A stretch of 64,000 bases of DNA from the IMG/VR virus record IMGVR_UViG_3300028591_000140; one strand, 5' to 3'. The notes under the pieces are model-generated. The model made no database searches and was not told the DNA's origin. It saw nothing but the letters and a program-made list of their open reading frames with translations. Shown piece after piece: positions 9,501 to 18,230 of this stretch. Numbering within the stretch: the stretch's first letter is position 1; each line of letters opens with the position of its first letter. The stretch comes from a virus (taxonomy: Duplodnaviria; Heunggongvirae; Uroviricota; Caudoviricetes). The position numbers were made by a program, and so were the translations under genes.

Positions 9501-10549
9501 AAGTCATTAGTGTCACCAAGCATCGTTCTCGGAATATAATTCTCATAGCATAAGGGATCTTCTTTATACACCTGAAGACAATGATAAGCGATTGCTCCGA
9601 GTTCAAACTTGATCTTCTTCATCAAAGTCTGATACCGATTGAATGGAATCTTGTTCTCTGTCGGTGAAACATCAATAAGTCTTCGAAGAATACCAGACTT
9701 ACTATCGGTAATGCGTACCGGATTATTTGTTCCCATGAACAGCATCGTAGAAAATCTTGTCGAATACTGTGACTTAAATTTTTCGTTTACAGTCATCTCT
9801 TCATGAGACACCAAACTATTCAGACGGGTATTCACTTCAATCTTACTCAGATCACCGTCATGCTGAATGGCAACAAGAGGATTCTTCTTAAATGCTTCCA
9901 GAGCAAACGCATCTGTTGAAGAGGCCAGAGCCTTTGCATCAAAAACTGTCCAATATCCTTCGAACAATTCTTGGATCACATTCAGAATCGTTGATTTACC
10001 AGTACCGGCAGAACCATAGAAAACAAGAAACTTTTGTAGAGTCTTCGAATCACCGCTAACAACTGCTCCGATTGCCCATTCAATCTTGTGACGCTCTTCC
10101 TCGGAATATAATGTTCCGACAAGTTCATCCCAAGCGCTATAGTCTCCTTCTTCAAGAGCATAGGGCAATCTCTTAGATGAGTAATCCTCGCGTTTCGCTT
10201 CTGTGTTTGCGAATATCAATTTCTCATCTAAGTTGTGATAGTTGTCTTGCATCTGTTTCTGACAGAACTTACGCCATTTATCTATCACACCGCTATCAGC
10301 ATTCCACATATAGAGAATACTGGCGTCCTTCAATGCGGGATTATTCTTTTTGAAATTATCCAGCTCAGCATCAATCATGTCGATGACATCATCTTGATTC
10401 TGCGACCACGCATTTTTGCGCTCATCCCATATAGCATAAAAGTCACCACCACGGATCATGAGATCCTTTGACGACTTCGTAATGAAGACTGGATAAATTT
10501 CTTGTCCGCCGCGTTTACTATTCCGTAACGCCACTTTCAGAAAATCCAC
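6527..10549 (-). CDS. Fused replicative protein: SF3 (D5/P4-alpha-like) helicase, then AEP primase-polymerase, then family-B DNA polymerase with 3'-5' exonuclease
   Basis: Walker A FYGSAGTGKST. AEP motifs IVIDFDLKDE and SGQGIHLHYIY. Exo I FFDVEVF, Exo II YCDNDV. PolB motif B KIAINSVYGLTS and motif C-like HIKTDSI. GTG start 9 nt after AGGAGG. Confidence 0.8.
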   Translation of the reverse strand: MDFLKVALRNSKRGGQEIYPVFITKSSKDLMIRGGDFYAIWDERKNAWSQNQDDVIDMIDAELDNFKKNNPALKDASILYMWNADSGVIDKWRKFCQKQMQDNYHNLDEKLIFANTEAKREDYSSKRLPYALEEGDYSAWDELVGTLYSEEERHKIEWAIGAVVSGDSKTLQKFLVFYGSAGTGKSTILNVIQELFEGYWTVFDAKALASSTDAFALEAFKKNPLVAIQHDGDLSKIEVNTRLNSLVSHEEMTVNEKFKSQYSTRFSTMLFMGTNNPVRITDSKSGILRRLIDVSPTENKIPFNRYQTLMKKIKFELGAIAYHCLQVYKEDPLCYENYIPRTMLGDTNDFYNFMEENFVEFREGVTLQQAWSKYKEFCDEAKVPYPYSKRLFKTELRNYFHEFHERTRDSAGNQVWNYYQGLKLSKFGMEEEKHDISGTDGDGSSDEASSESVAEDGNWLHFADQKSVFDIQMADAPAQYAREDTEGPWKKWDEVKTVLGKLDTSKLHYVRVPENHIVIDFDLKDESGEKSLEKNIEAASHWPPTYAELSKSGQGIHLHYIYTGGDPDRLSRIYEDGIEVKVFTGKSSLRRKLTQCTSNPIGTISSGLPFKVETKMVNFDSIKNEKAIRTIIKRSLAKEYAPHATVTSCQFILKILNDAYESGMHYDVTDLRPYILTFAAKSSHHATDCIKMVNEMQFKSEDPSESMEPDDDVIIFFDVEVFPNLLLVNWKKAGEGNPVVRMINPSPNEIENLLRLKLVGFNCRRYDNHILYARMIGYSVEQIYELSQRIVNGSPNALFGEAYDVSYTDVYDFCAKKQSLKKWEIELDIHHQELGLPWDQPVPEELWEKVAEYCDNDVIACEAVFNARQADFIAREILADISGLNVNATTNMHTTRIIFGSEKKPQSQFNYTDLSEMFPGYKFENGKSTYWGEETGEGGYVYSEPGIYSNVALLDIASMHPTSIECLNLFGPYTQNFSDIKQARIYIKHKDFEAAGKMFNGKLAKYLTSNEQAKALSYALKIAINSVYGLTSANFENPFRDPRNVDNIVAKRGALFMINLKHKVQELGYTVAHIKTDSIKIPDATPEIIDFVMKYGKEYGYTFEHEATYEKMCLVNDAVYIAKYNDGPHEFELSTGEKIMTPWTATGTQFQVPYVFKTLFSQSPIKFRDMCETKTVTSALYLDMNESLPDVSGFEKQLVKVERELMDIWGKNWQQNLKVIGSRDVDETGIDIETIQRSNDLVREHWRLDEEIAKGHDYHFVGKAGSFCPVMPDCGGGVLLREKNGKYAAATGTKGYRWLEAEIVRTLGKEKDIDRRYYAAMVDEAITSISAYGDFEAFAS

Positions 10550-10731
10550 ACATAGTTACCTCCTTTCTGGGCTTTTATGACTTTACGCCTTTTTCGCCCA
10601 ATATTCGCCTTTGTGATGTTGTGATAAAAATTTTTCTATATTTATATATAAAAAATTAATTTTCTATATTAAGTAAAAAAAAACTATCACAAACATCACA
10701 AACCCAAAATTTCGACATTTTTTCTCTCAAA

Positions 10732-11277
10732 TTATTCACACCGATTTTTCATGTAAAAATTGAGCTGATACCACAATTCGACCCGTCTCAGATCGCCTCG
10801 AAATCCTCGAATCACGAACGGTCCTCCTTGTCCATCAGCCTTGTATTTTCGATCGAGAAATCGTCTCACAACGTACTCAAAATCGTCCTCATCAAAGCAC
10901 CAATCATCGAGTCCATCCAAGCCCAAATTCTCGATCATTTCCCAAAACCAAACGCCGGTTCGGTCCCCTTCATCCGGGTCATACATGATCTCATTTTCAC
11001 AATCTTGAGCCAGCGCAACGAGCACTTCAAGCACCGAACAAGGCCCCGTTTTTTCGCATTCAAATCCGGTTTCCTGCTCAAATATCCATCTCAAATGCTC
11101 GCCGTCTCCAGCCCGATTTCCATCATTTTTGACCAGCCAATAGAAGTCTTCCGAATATAATCCAAGCAATAATTTCTGATACATGTCACGCTGTTCAGCA
11201 TCAGGAATTGCGATTTCAGACAGCCAATTGAGGTAATTTCCGCCATTTTTACCCCAAATTCGCCTATTTTTAGCCAA
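10732..11277 (-). CDS. Hypothetical protein (acidic, 181 aa)
   Basis: Long ORF packed tightly among minus-strand genes. Confidence 0.55.
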   Translation of the reverse strand: MAKNRRIWGKNGGNYLNWLSEIAIPDAEQRDMYQKLLLGLYSEDFYWLVKNDGNRAGDGEHLRWIFEQETGFECEKTGPCSVLEVLVALAQDCENEIMYDPDEGDRTGVWFWEMIENLGLDGLDDWCFDEDDFEYVVRRFLDRKYKADGQGGPFVIRGFRGDLRRVELWYQLNFYMKNRCE

Positions 11278-11279
11278 TT

Positions 11280-12041
11280 TTACTCATTTTCAGGGGAAAT
11301 ACTTGCGAAATCACGATACTGCCGAATTACCTCATAGTCGGTACTCTGCTGCTCATTTCGCACATAAACCACGTCCGGTTCATACTCCCCAATCCTTCCC
11401 AAAGCATCATGGCCGACGGTCGTGGCAATGTTCGTAATGATCTCATCTTCCTCCGAACAAAGCACTCCATCATCATACAGATATAGCGTGACCTTCTCAA
11501 AATACGGCTGCTCATTCACGAATTTTTCGGCTGCCGTAGACAGCTCATCCGTCTCCAAAACATAGGGTCCGGGAGCGTCCTCAGCAGGTGTTGTATCTAC
11601 AATTTCGAGGTCTTCTCCCTCGTCAATTCCGTTGTGAATATCCACAGCTTTGGGCGGTTTTGAGAACAGATTATACTCGGTTTTATGGGTATCTACATAC
11701 CCATTTTCTTCCATTTTTCGCCGGTAACTTTCGATATCCGCAGCCTTCCTCCGAGCGTTTTCTTCGGCTAATTTTTTCGCTTTTTCGGGGTCATTTTCCG
11801 AATTTTCTGTGATACTTTTTGTGATAGTTTTGCTTTTTTTGCCCTCAAAACTATCACAATTTCTATCACATTTTGGAAAAACTATCACATTTTTCTTCTC
11901 AGAATAGGCTTTTTTGACCTCCGCGACCTCTTCATCGAGGCGTTTTTGGTACTTTTTCTCCATCACGACCCACATTCCGAGGGCTCCACCGACCACACCG
12001 CCGATGAAATATAACAATTTTCCGTTCATTTTTCTCTCCAA
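11280..12041 (-). CDS. Hypothetical membrane-anchored coiled-coil protein
   Basis: N-terminal TM segment LLYFIGGVVGGALGMWVVM followed by charged coiled-coil. Part of the ACTATCACA repeat array lies inside the ORF. Confidence 0.5.
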   Translation of the reverse strand: MERKMNGKLLYFIGGVVGGALGMWVVMEKKYQKRLDEEVAEVKKAYSEKKNVIVFPKCDRNCDSFEGKKSKTITKSITENSENDPEKAKKLAEENARRKAADIESYRRKMEENGYVDTHKTEYNLFSKPPKAVDIHNGIDEGEDLEIVDTTPAEDAPGPYVLETDELSTAAEKFVNEQPYFEKVTLYLYDDGVLCSEEDEIITNIATTVGHDALGRIGEYEPDVVYVRNEQQSTDYEVIRQYRDFASISPENE

Positions 12042-12426
12042 TCCAAATCTCTTGCAATAATTTTTGCCGTCATCACGCTTCCAACGCTCCGATTCATGTG
12101 CTCACGAATATAAATCAGCACTTTTTGCTCGTCGATCATCTCATTTTTCGTGTTTTTGGCGACAAAATTCAGCAAATCTAATGCATTAATCATGGTTTTC
12201 TCCTTGTGATACTTTTTATTTTTCAAAACTATCACAAAAACTATCACAAAATTTTGTCTATTTGAGCCTCTCAGAGCCCATTTAATAGACGAAAATATCA
12301 CATTTTATCTCATTTTAGGTATTTCCACTCGTCGAAACGGAAGCTTTCTGTGCGTTCAAACGGGATAAATCGCTCAAAACTATCACAAAATTCCTCCGAA
12401 TCGACGCTAAAATATCCATTTTTCCT

Positions 12427-13353
12427 TCAAATCATGTCCCAAATCTGGCCATCGACATTGAAATTGAGGTGAATATTTCTCCGGCAGAGGTCGCTATCGA
12501 GCTGATAATCTCTCATAAAGGAGTCCATATAGCCGAAATCAACACAATCGTCACCGGCTCCTTTGTACCAACCACAGACTGCACCGGCCGGAGTACGAGC
12601 CATTCCGAGAGCATCCAGCACCTCATTCATGAATACGTGACCCCTCTTCTGGAGCATGTCATTGAAGAAATTCTGTGTCTGACGAAGGAATGCTTCCGTG
12701 TAATCAGGGTTCGGATTCCAGGTCAAAGGGGCTGTATGACGGTTGAAGTCGAACTCATACGGGGACTTTTTGTGGTCTTTGATGACTAAATTGTTTCCGG
12801 AAGCCTTGGTCACAGTCCCATCTTCTCCTTCAACCATGATTCCTTTCTCAACTTTGCCACCGGCGAGAAGCACTTTCTCAGCATCCTCGCCAATAACCTC
12901 TGCAACACGCCCTCTGTAGCCCAGGAAAGCCTCCTGAAGGGCAGCATAAGCCGCTGTGGTGTTCAGATATCTTTGCTTCAGAACACCGTGAGAGAGCAGG
13001 AAAAGGGCAATAGAGGCGATTTCCAGGCCGATTGCAGGGGCCAGAGCACGAGCAATCTTCCAGACCATGCGATTATATGCCTTCCAGTTCATCTCTTTTA
13101 CGTCTTTCTCGAGAGGAACCGGCCAGTTATTCTCTTTAGCCTCTTCGACCTTCTTCTGAATATCATCCAGATCCTTGTGGCAGTCTTCAACAGCCTTGGT
13201 CACATGCTTGGCACAGAGGCATCCGGCGACCACAGCACCGATTCCACAGGCAATACCACCTGCAAGAGCCAGTTCAGGGCTGATTTTACGCAGTTTCATA
13301 TATCCTTTGATGGCCAGAGTCTTAGCCGCATTCGTATTAATAGGGAGTTTCAT
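12427..13353 (-). CDS. Two-TM membrane protein, member 1 of a 3-paralog family (with 27655..28569 and 28832..29635)
   Basis: Two N-terminal TM helices, A/E/K-rich linker, conserved C-terminal W/Y-rich domain shared with the two paralogs. Confidence 0.55.
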   Translation of the reverse strand: MKLPINTNAAKTLAIKGYMKLRKISPELALAGGIACGIGAVVAGCLCAKHVTKAVEDCHKDLDDIQKKVEEAKENNWPVPLEKDVKEMNWKAYNRMVWKIARALAPAIGLEIASIALFLLSHGVLKQRYLNTTAAYAALQEAFLGYRGRVAEVIGEDAEKVLLAGGKVEKGIMVEGEDGTVTKASGNNLVIKDHKKSPYEFDFNRHTAPLTWNPNPDYTEAFLRQTQNFFNDMLQKRGHVFMNEVLDALGMARTPAGAVCGWYKGAGDDCVDFGYMDSFMRDYQLDSDLCRRNIHLNFNVDGQIWDMI

Positions 13354-13411
13354 GGTAAATATAATTCCTTTCCTTGAATTTTTGTCCTAAAATATAGCAA
13401 TTTGCTATGTA

Positions 13412-14143
13412 TTAACGCTCCAACTGCATACATTTGGGGAGCTGAATGGTGTATCCTCTGCTCGGAGAACCAGTCACACGGCATCCACGCAGGTCAGTCC
13501 AACCGTACTTATTATCGGTGAACTCGGTTGAAACACCTGCCAGATCATAAAAATCGGCTACGGAGACCTGCTTATAGTCGTTGAGAATCTCCATCATGCC
13601 GTCCAAGACCATCTCAGCCTCGCCGCGAGACTCAAAAGCAATATCTTCAAAGTCATGCGCGACTCTGCTACGGCCACCACGAGGCAGTCTTTCGGTCCTC
13701 TGGCCACCATTGAACATGCCATTGTAGTTGACTTTAGAGCCAGTTCCGCCCTGACGACGCACTACTCTCCGGCTTGCCTCACCGAAAAAGAGCATACTGA
13801 CTGCGGAATTGATGAGTTCTGCGATGTTTTCTTTGACTGCTGGGACCAAAACATCGTAAACAAGGTAGGTTTTCACGTCACCGACATCTTCGTCAATGAA
13901 AATATCAAAGAAGCGCCTGCCCAGACTCCTCTTTTTCTTCACCGCAGCCCCCTGAATGACCTTTTCAGCCTTCTTTTGAGGCACTGCGATCACTTCACCG
14001 GTGCTCTGATCAATGCCCTCACCACCGGTCGCAGCCATTTCTTCATGGTATTTCCTCGAATTTGGCTTGAAATCTTCCATATTCACTTCTGCCATTGGGT
14101 TGTTCCTCCTTAAAATAAGTAAGAGAGGCTGGGAATATCCCAA
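13412..14143 (-). CDS. Hypothetical protein
   Basis: 243-aa ORF; no recognisable motif. Confidence 0.5.
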   Translation of the reverse strand: MGYSQPLLLILRRNNPMAEVNMEDFKPNSRKYHEEMAATGGEGIDQSTGEVIAVPQKKAEKVIQGAAVKKKRSLGRRFFDIFIDEDVGDVKTYLVYDVLVPAVKENIAELINSAVSMLFFGEASRRVVRRQGGTGSKVNYNGMFNGGQRTERLPRGGRSRVAHDFEDIAFESRGEAEMVLDGMMEILNDYKQVSVADFYDLAGVSTEFTDNKYGWTDLRGCRVTGSPSRGYTIQLPKCMQLER

Positions 14144-14150
14144 TCCTCTC

Positions 14151-14180
14151 CATTTAAAAAGCTGTTTTTCTTGCGATTAA
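14151..14180 (-). promoter_or_regulatory. Promoter-like motif copy (degenerate -10)
   Basis: Minus-strand sense TTAATCGCAAGAAAAACAGCTTTTTAAATGG. Confidence 0.35.
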
Positions 14181-14188
14181 GTGCTATT

Positions 14189-14434
14189 TTATATGAATTC
14201 CACGCTTAATATAATCTCTCCGAGGGTGTTTACGGTCTTTTCGATGAGAAACAGGAAGTCGTCATCATGAAAATAGCACCAAATGTTATCGTAATAGGTG
14301 ACAACAAAGTGCCCGAGTTCGTTTTCGATGGCCTCTTTAGGGTAACCACAGACCTCAAAAGCCTCGTAAGCCAGATCTTCCAGTGCATCTGCCTGAATTG
14401 TGCCACCTTCCAAGTCTTCAAACGCAGATATCAT
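14189..14434 (-). CDS. Hypothetical small acidic protein
   Basis: 81-aa ORF in operon context. Confidence 0.4.
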   Translation of the reverse strand: MISAFEDLEGGTIQADALEDLAYEAFEVCGYPKEAIENELGHFVVTYYDNIWCYFHDDDFLFLIEKTVNTLGEIILSVEFI

Positions 14435-14979
14435 TCTTTCTTCTCCTTATACTGTATGAAGCTCATAATGTTCTCTGCAAAGCCCTCGGGTGTCCAGCAA
14501 GGTTTTGTTTCGATCATAGAAAAGTCCACATCAAAGTCAAAAGTGCTCTGATCGAACCACTTTCGATCCATTTCCAGACGCCTCTCAATGGCCTCAGGAT
14601 CGTCTCCACGGGCTTCCATTCTTTTCCTACGAATCTCCTCGGAAATATCCAAAAAGACCGTCACAAGCCCTTTATGGCCCTTATAATGCTGTTTTAGGTA
14701 CGATACACCGGGTGGGTCAATCACATAAATATCATTCTGGTCGATAATCTCCGAGGTGACACCATAACGATAGCCATTATACTCAGTGTAAGCGCACATC
14801 TCACCGAGCCGATTGAATTCTTCGTCAGATACAAATATATGTCCTTCTTCGCCTTCAAACCGAGGCGGGCGAGTGGTATATGACCAGACTGTTTTCAGAC
14901 CGTGGTCACGTGCCAGAAGCTCTGTAACAGTCGTCTTGCCACTCCCGCTCGCTCCGACAATGAGATAAATGTTTTTCAT
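14431..14979 (-). CDS. Guanylate kinase-like nucleotide kinase
   Basis: P-loop GASGSGKTT plus the TTRPPR signature of guanylate kinases. Confidence 0.65.
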   Translation of the reverse strand: MKNIYLIVGASGSGKTTVTELLARDHGLKTVWSYTTRPPRFEGEEGHIFVSDEEFNRLGEMCAYTEYNGYRYGVTSEIIDQNDIYVIDPPGVSYLKQHYKGHKGLVTVFLDISEEIRRKRMEARGDDPEAIERRLEMDRKWFDQSTFDFDVDFSMIETKPCWTPEGFAENIMSFIQYKEKKE

Positions 14980-14982
14980 GGA

Positions 14983-15249
14983 TCAATCCCCACCCAATTT
15001 CCACCATGTAACAAATTCCTTAGCACATCCATTGCAAATATCAAAGGGGCTGTGAAAAGACTGAGAGCTGTAATCGCCAATTGCCAAAGTAGAAAGCGGT
15101 CTTCCATCAAATGCAATTCGTTCGCTATTATTTGGTTCATACAACTTCCCGCAGCGATCACACTTGTAGGCTTTACTCATTTTCGGTTCCTTTCTTGAAT
15201 ATCCTTCTGTATTCCCACTTGTCATCATCGACATAATCGCCAAATCCAT
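14983..15249 (-). CDS. Small zinc-ribbon protein
   Basis: CDRCG ... CNGC cysteine pairs. Confidence 0.4.
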   Translation of the reverse strand: MDLAIMSMMTSGNTEGYSRKEPKMSKAYKCDRCGKLYEPNNSERIAFDGRPLSTLAIGDYSSQSFHSPFDICNGCAKEFVTWWKLGGD

Positions 15250-16639
15250 AGTGGTCTGCGATCTGACCGGACTTGGCGTTCTCTTTCAGATTGTTCCACT
15301 GAAGTTCATTGAATCTGGAATTCTCAGGACTGTTGAACCAGTCAAGCGCCTTCTGAATATTGCGAGAAGTTGCACCAGTCCCTCTATATTTAGGATCAGT
15401 GGCAAGAGCAATGTCGGCTCGTCCATCACCAATATCCCAAATCTCGAGCATAGAGATTGGAATATCGCCGTCATACTCCAGGAAAGTCTTGGCTATATTG
15501 GAGGCTCGATCGGTTCTCGTCTCATCCGGAATCCACTTATCATCGCCAGAAGAAACTCCAAGTTCTTTCTGTTCAATTTCAGAGAGCGTACTTACAATTC
15601 TATTAACGTCATCAATATTTTTAAGTTCACGAACAACTCTTCGTCTATAGTATTCCCGCTCTTTACCTTTATCGGTTCTGGTCCCATCTTCATTTTGAAA
15701 CCTTCTAACGCCCCATTTCTGTCCTTTAATCCCATGGTGTTCGAGATGGTCATCCTTATTGGAAATATAATTCTTAAATCGATTCTCATTCCCAATGTTC
15801 ATCTCATCCAGATCAACGCCATACTCCTTAGCACGTTCCAGAATAGCCTCGGCCAATTCTTTTTCATACTTTGGATCAATATAATTGAAGAAGCGAATTG
15901 CGGATCTTACATGATCAGCATCAGGCATGGGGTATTTCTTGATCTCCGGGACGCCAAACTTCTTGGGATTGTCTTCCTCCATGCCTTCATCACTGTGTCC
16001 AATCTCCTCAGGCACATGCTGAATCTCCGTGGCAATCTCTTTTACACCATCAGGGGGCAGTGGGTCACGATCGTTGGGCTGGGGCTTGTCCTTCTCAGTC
16101 ACCAGAATTTTCTTCATCTCTTCGAGGATCTTCTCGACAGCCTTCCGGGTCTTCTTATGGAGCTGAATATAATCCTTATGCTCATCCCACCACTTGAAGA
16201 TCTCAGTCAGATCGCCTTTGCGCCAGCTAAAAGACCACCAGTCGCAGATCATTTCGAAAATATAAGCAAGGGGCATTTCGATGCATCTGCTCGGTTCGCC
16301 CTTATTGTCCGTGCTCATAACCCAATACTGCCAATGGTGTGGGTTACGATGCATGTGCATGAGAAAAGCCCGATGGAAATTATCAACCACCTCAGATGAA
16401 CGATTGTCCTTGCGAAGATAGAAATAATCATCATAGAAGTAGTATTCGTCCGGCTCAATTTTGGAACGGTCATGCTCAGCGACAAGTTTCTCAACATCAA
16501 AAATATCAAACTCATCAGCCTTATAGTTGGCCTTGATCCAATCCATCAGTCGAGGCATCAGATTGGTCTTCATCCACTGCCAACCCTTCTGAACAGCACC
16601 TACATGCTCATTCAGGTATTCATCGTATTCAATACTCAT
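15173..16639 (-). CDS. 488-aa protein carrying the shared HHGIKGQKWGVRRFQNEDG motif internally (about aa 305), flanked by unrelated domains
   Basis: Motif identical in core to those in 56658..57218, 57446..58798, 60260..60799 and 60882..61493. Confidence 0.55.
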   Translation of the reverse strand: MSIEYDEYLNEHVGAVQKGWQWMKTNLMPRLMDWIKANYKADEFDIFDVEKLVAEHDRSKIEPDEYYFYDDYFYLRKDNRSSEVVDNFHRAFLMHMHRNPHHWQYWVMSTDNKGEPSRCIEMPLAYIFEMICDWWSFSWRKGDLTEIFKWWDEHKDYIQLHKKTRKAVEKILEEMKKILVTEKDKPQPNDRDPLPPDGVKEIATEIQHVPEEIGHSDEGMEEDNPKKFGVPEIKKYPMPDADHVRSAIRFFNYIDPKYEKELAEAILERAKEYGVDLDEMNIGNENRFKNYISNKDDHLEHHGIKGQKWGVRRFQNEDGTRTDKGKEREYYRRRVVRELKNIDDVNRIVSTLSEIEQKELGVSSGDDKWIPDETRTDRASNIAKTFLEYDGDIPISMLEIWDIGDGRADIALATDPKYRGTGATSRNIQKALDWFNSPENSRFNELQWNNLKENAKSGQIADHYGFGDYVDDDKWEYRRIFKKGTENE

Positions 16640-16654
16640 AAATATCAGTCTCCT

Positions 16655-17167
16655 TTATTCAGTAAAACCCCTCAGAGCATCTTTCACAATTTCAGGAGGG
16701 GCTTTTTCTTCATCTATTTCAATCCTAAATGTTTCTTTTTCGGTTAAAGGATGCTTAAATGGAACTGCCTTGAATTCCGCCTCAATTGTATAGTCTGGTT
16801 GACTAATTCGATAACAGGGTCGGTCATCGACCCAAAACGTTGTCGGCTCGCTCTCAATTCGTTCATCGACGGAATATAATGAGAGCTTCATCAGATTGAT
16901 CTTGCCAGTCCTTCGATCACGAATCTTGACAAATGTCGGTCTTGTTACATCAAAACAAGCCCAATCAAGAAAGACTGCTCCACAGTATGGGCAGTAACTC
17001 TTCTCAATTGGCGCACCACAGTTTGGACAATTCAGAATATCACGCATAAATGAATCACCTTTCTCTAACTGGTAATCAGAATTGCGGCAAAGTAAATTAA
17101 CATTGCTATCCCAAAACCGAGAATAAATGCAATGGCTGTCGTCCGAAACCCTCTTAAGAGAGCACAT
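16655..17167 (-). CDS. Zinc-ribbon protein (CPNCGAP ... CPYCGAVF); likely true start MRDILNCPNCG
   Basis: Double CxxC zinc ribbon; motif paralog of 46062..46700. Confidence 0.5.
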   Translation of the reverse strand: MCSLKRVSDDSHCIYSRFWDSNVNLLCRNSDYQLEKGDSFMRDILNCPNCGAPIEKSYCPYCGAVFLDWACFDVTRPTFVKIRDRRTGKINLMKLSLYSVDERIESEPTTFWVDDRPCYRISQPDYTIEAEFKAVPFKHPLTEKETFRIEIDEEKAPPEIVKDALRGFTE

Positions 17168-17457
17168 ATAAGAAAGAGGATCGCAAAAGCCAAGATTAGC
17201 AACAAATAGCCTGCTAATTTTCTCATGATGTTTACCACCCCCTCTCTAAAAATATAATTTCAGATTGGATAAGACTGTAAATAGAAAAGCTTCAATATTG
17301 AAACCTAAATTGCCAAGCCATTTAGGAACTTTATGTCCATAGAGTGTTGGACAATAATATTTGCATCTCTCACATCCAGAAGACGTACAAAAGCCATTGC
17401 CACAAGAATTGCCCATGAACGTTTTCATCAATATTACTCCTCTCTGTAAATGAAAAT

Positions 17458-17534
17458 TGGTCCAAGTGGCGAGACTCGAACTCACGGCCTCTTGATCCCA
17501 AATCAAGCGCTCTAACCAACTGAGCTACACCTGG
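17458..17534 (-). tRNA. tRNA-Pro (anticodon UGG), CCA encoded
   Basis: Hand-folded cloverleaf: acceptor CCAGGTG/CACTTGG with the C1:G72 pair typical of bacterial tRNA-Pro. D-arm GCTC-AGTTGGTTA-GAGC, anticodon arm CTTGA-TTTGGGA-TCAAG, T-arm GTGAG-TTCGAGT-CTCGC, discriminator A, CCA. Confidence 0.8.
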
Positions 17535-17544
17535 AGATTATGAG

Positions 17545-17787
17545 TCAGCTACCGGTACATTTATGATCCCCAAGATCCCAGTTTGTTATCGTCCACTTTG
17601 CATCTCGCCATGCTTGCAGAATATCATGTCCGCAGCACCACACTTTCCATCCACGATAAACAAAGTTGATTTCATATCCACAGTCTTTTCTTTTCCAGCC
17701 AGGCTCATGAATAAATGCTTCTTTCGTAATTTGAATGCCATTTCGCATACATTCTCGTCTTAGTCGTTTTGCAATTTTTCTTCGCAT
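17545..17787 (-). CDS. Hypothetical small basic protein
   Basis: 80-aa ORF. Confidence 0.4.
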   Translation of the reverse strand: MRRKIAKRLRRECMRNGIQITKEAFIHEPGWKRKDCGYEINFVYRGWKVWCCGHDILQAWRDAKWTITNWDLGDHKCTGS

Positions 17788-17838
17788 ATATAATCCTCCA
17801 TTTCACCATACCTCAATAAAAAAGAAAAGGCGGGGGTA

Positions 17839-18147
17839 TTATTCCCCGTCCTTCTCCTCTGATGTTTCATTACTTACAGCTTCAGGTTCTTTCTGTTTCA
17901 GAACATCGACATAATTATTGATCTCGTTCACGACAGCCTCGACATTATCAAACGTTTCGTTGACAGCATTGTCCACAGCCTTGGATACGACTCCCGCTGC
18001 AATCCAGCTCCCGACCTTGACTGCGGTCTTATAAACCACACTCACTTCCGGGGGCATGATAGCAGTGATAACCCCTCCAACGACCATCTGGACAGTTGCA
18101 GTCCCGAGAAGTTGTGCGCCGATCTTGCATGTATCAAGTACCTTCAT
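17839..18147 (-). CDS. Small membrane protein (holin-like topology)
   Basis: Hydrophobic segments with an acidic C-tail; followed by promoter-like motif copy at 18196-18220. Confidence 0.45.
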   Translation of the reverse strand: MKVLDTCKIGAQLLGTATVQMVVGGVITAIMPPEVSVVYKTAVKVGSWIAAGVVSKAVDNAVNETFDNVEAVVNEINNYVDVLKQKEPEAVSNETSEEKDGE

Positions 18148-18195
18148 TTGCCAATTTCTCCTTTCGAAATATCATCACTATGAAGTAAATCCCTT

Positions 18196-18220
18196 CATTA
18201 TAAGCCGTGTTTTTCTTGCG
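18196..18220 (-). promoter_or_regulatory. Conserved promoter-like motif copy
   Basis: Plus strand cattataagccgtgtttttcttgcg; minus sense CGCAAGAAAAACACGGCTTATAATG. Confidence 0.5.
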
Positions 18221-18230
18221 TCCGTAGCAT

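Larger units (their letters stand above)
10608..12390. repeat. Dispersed array of at least 10 copies of (A)AACTATCACA(AA), with inverted TGTGATA copies, in AT-rich DNA next to the replication genes; candidate origin iterons or operator sites
   Basis: Copies at about 10611-10625 (inverted), 10679-10701, 11808-11829, 11857-11890, 12205-12250, 12375-12390. The TATCAC core resembles lambda-type operator half-sites. Confidence 0.55.

Noticed and set aside
17246-17506. 86-aa ORF overlapping the tRNA-Pro gene
   Set aside because: Overlaps a well-formed tRNA on the same strand; Cys/Gly-rich, low-complexity translation. Spurious.
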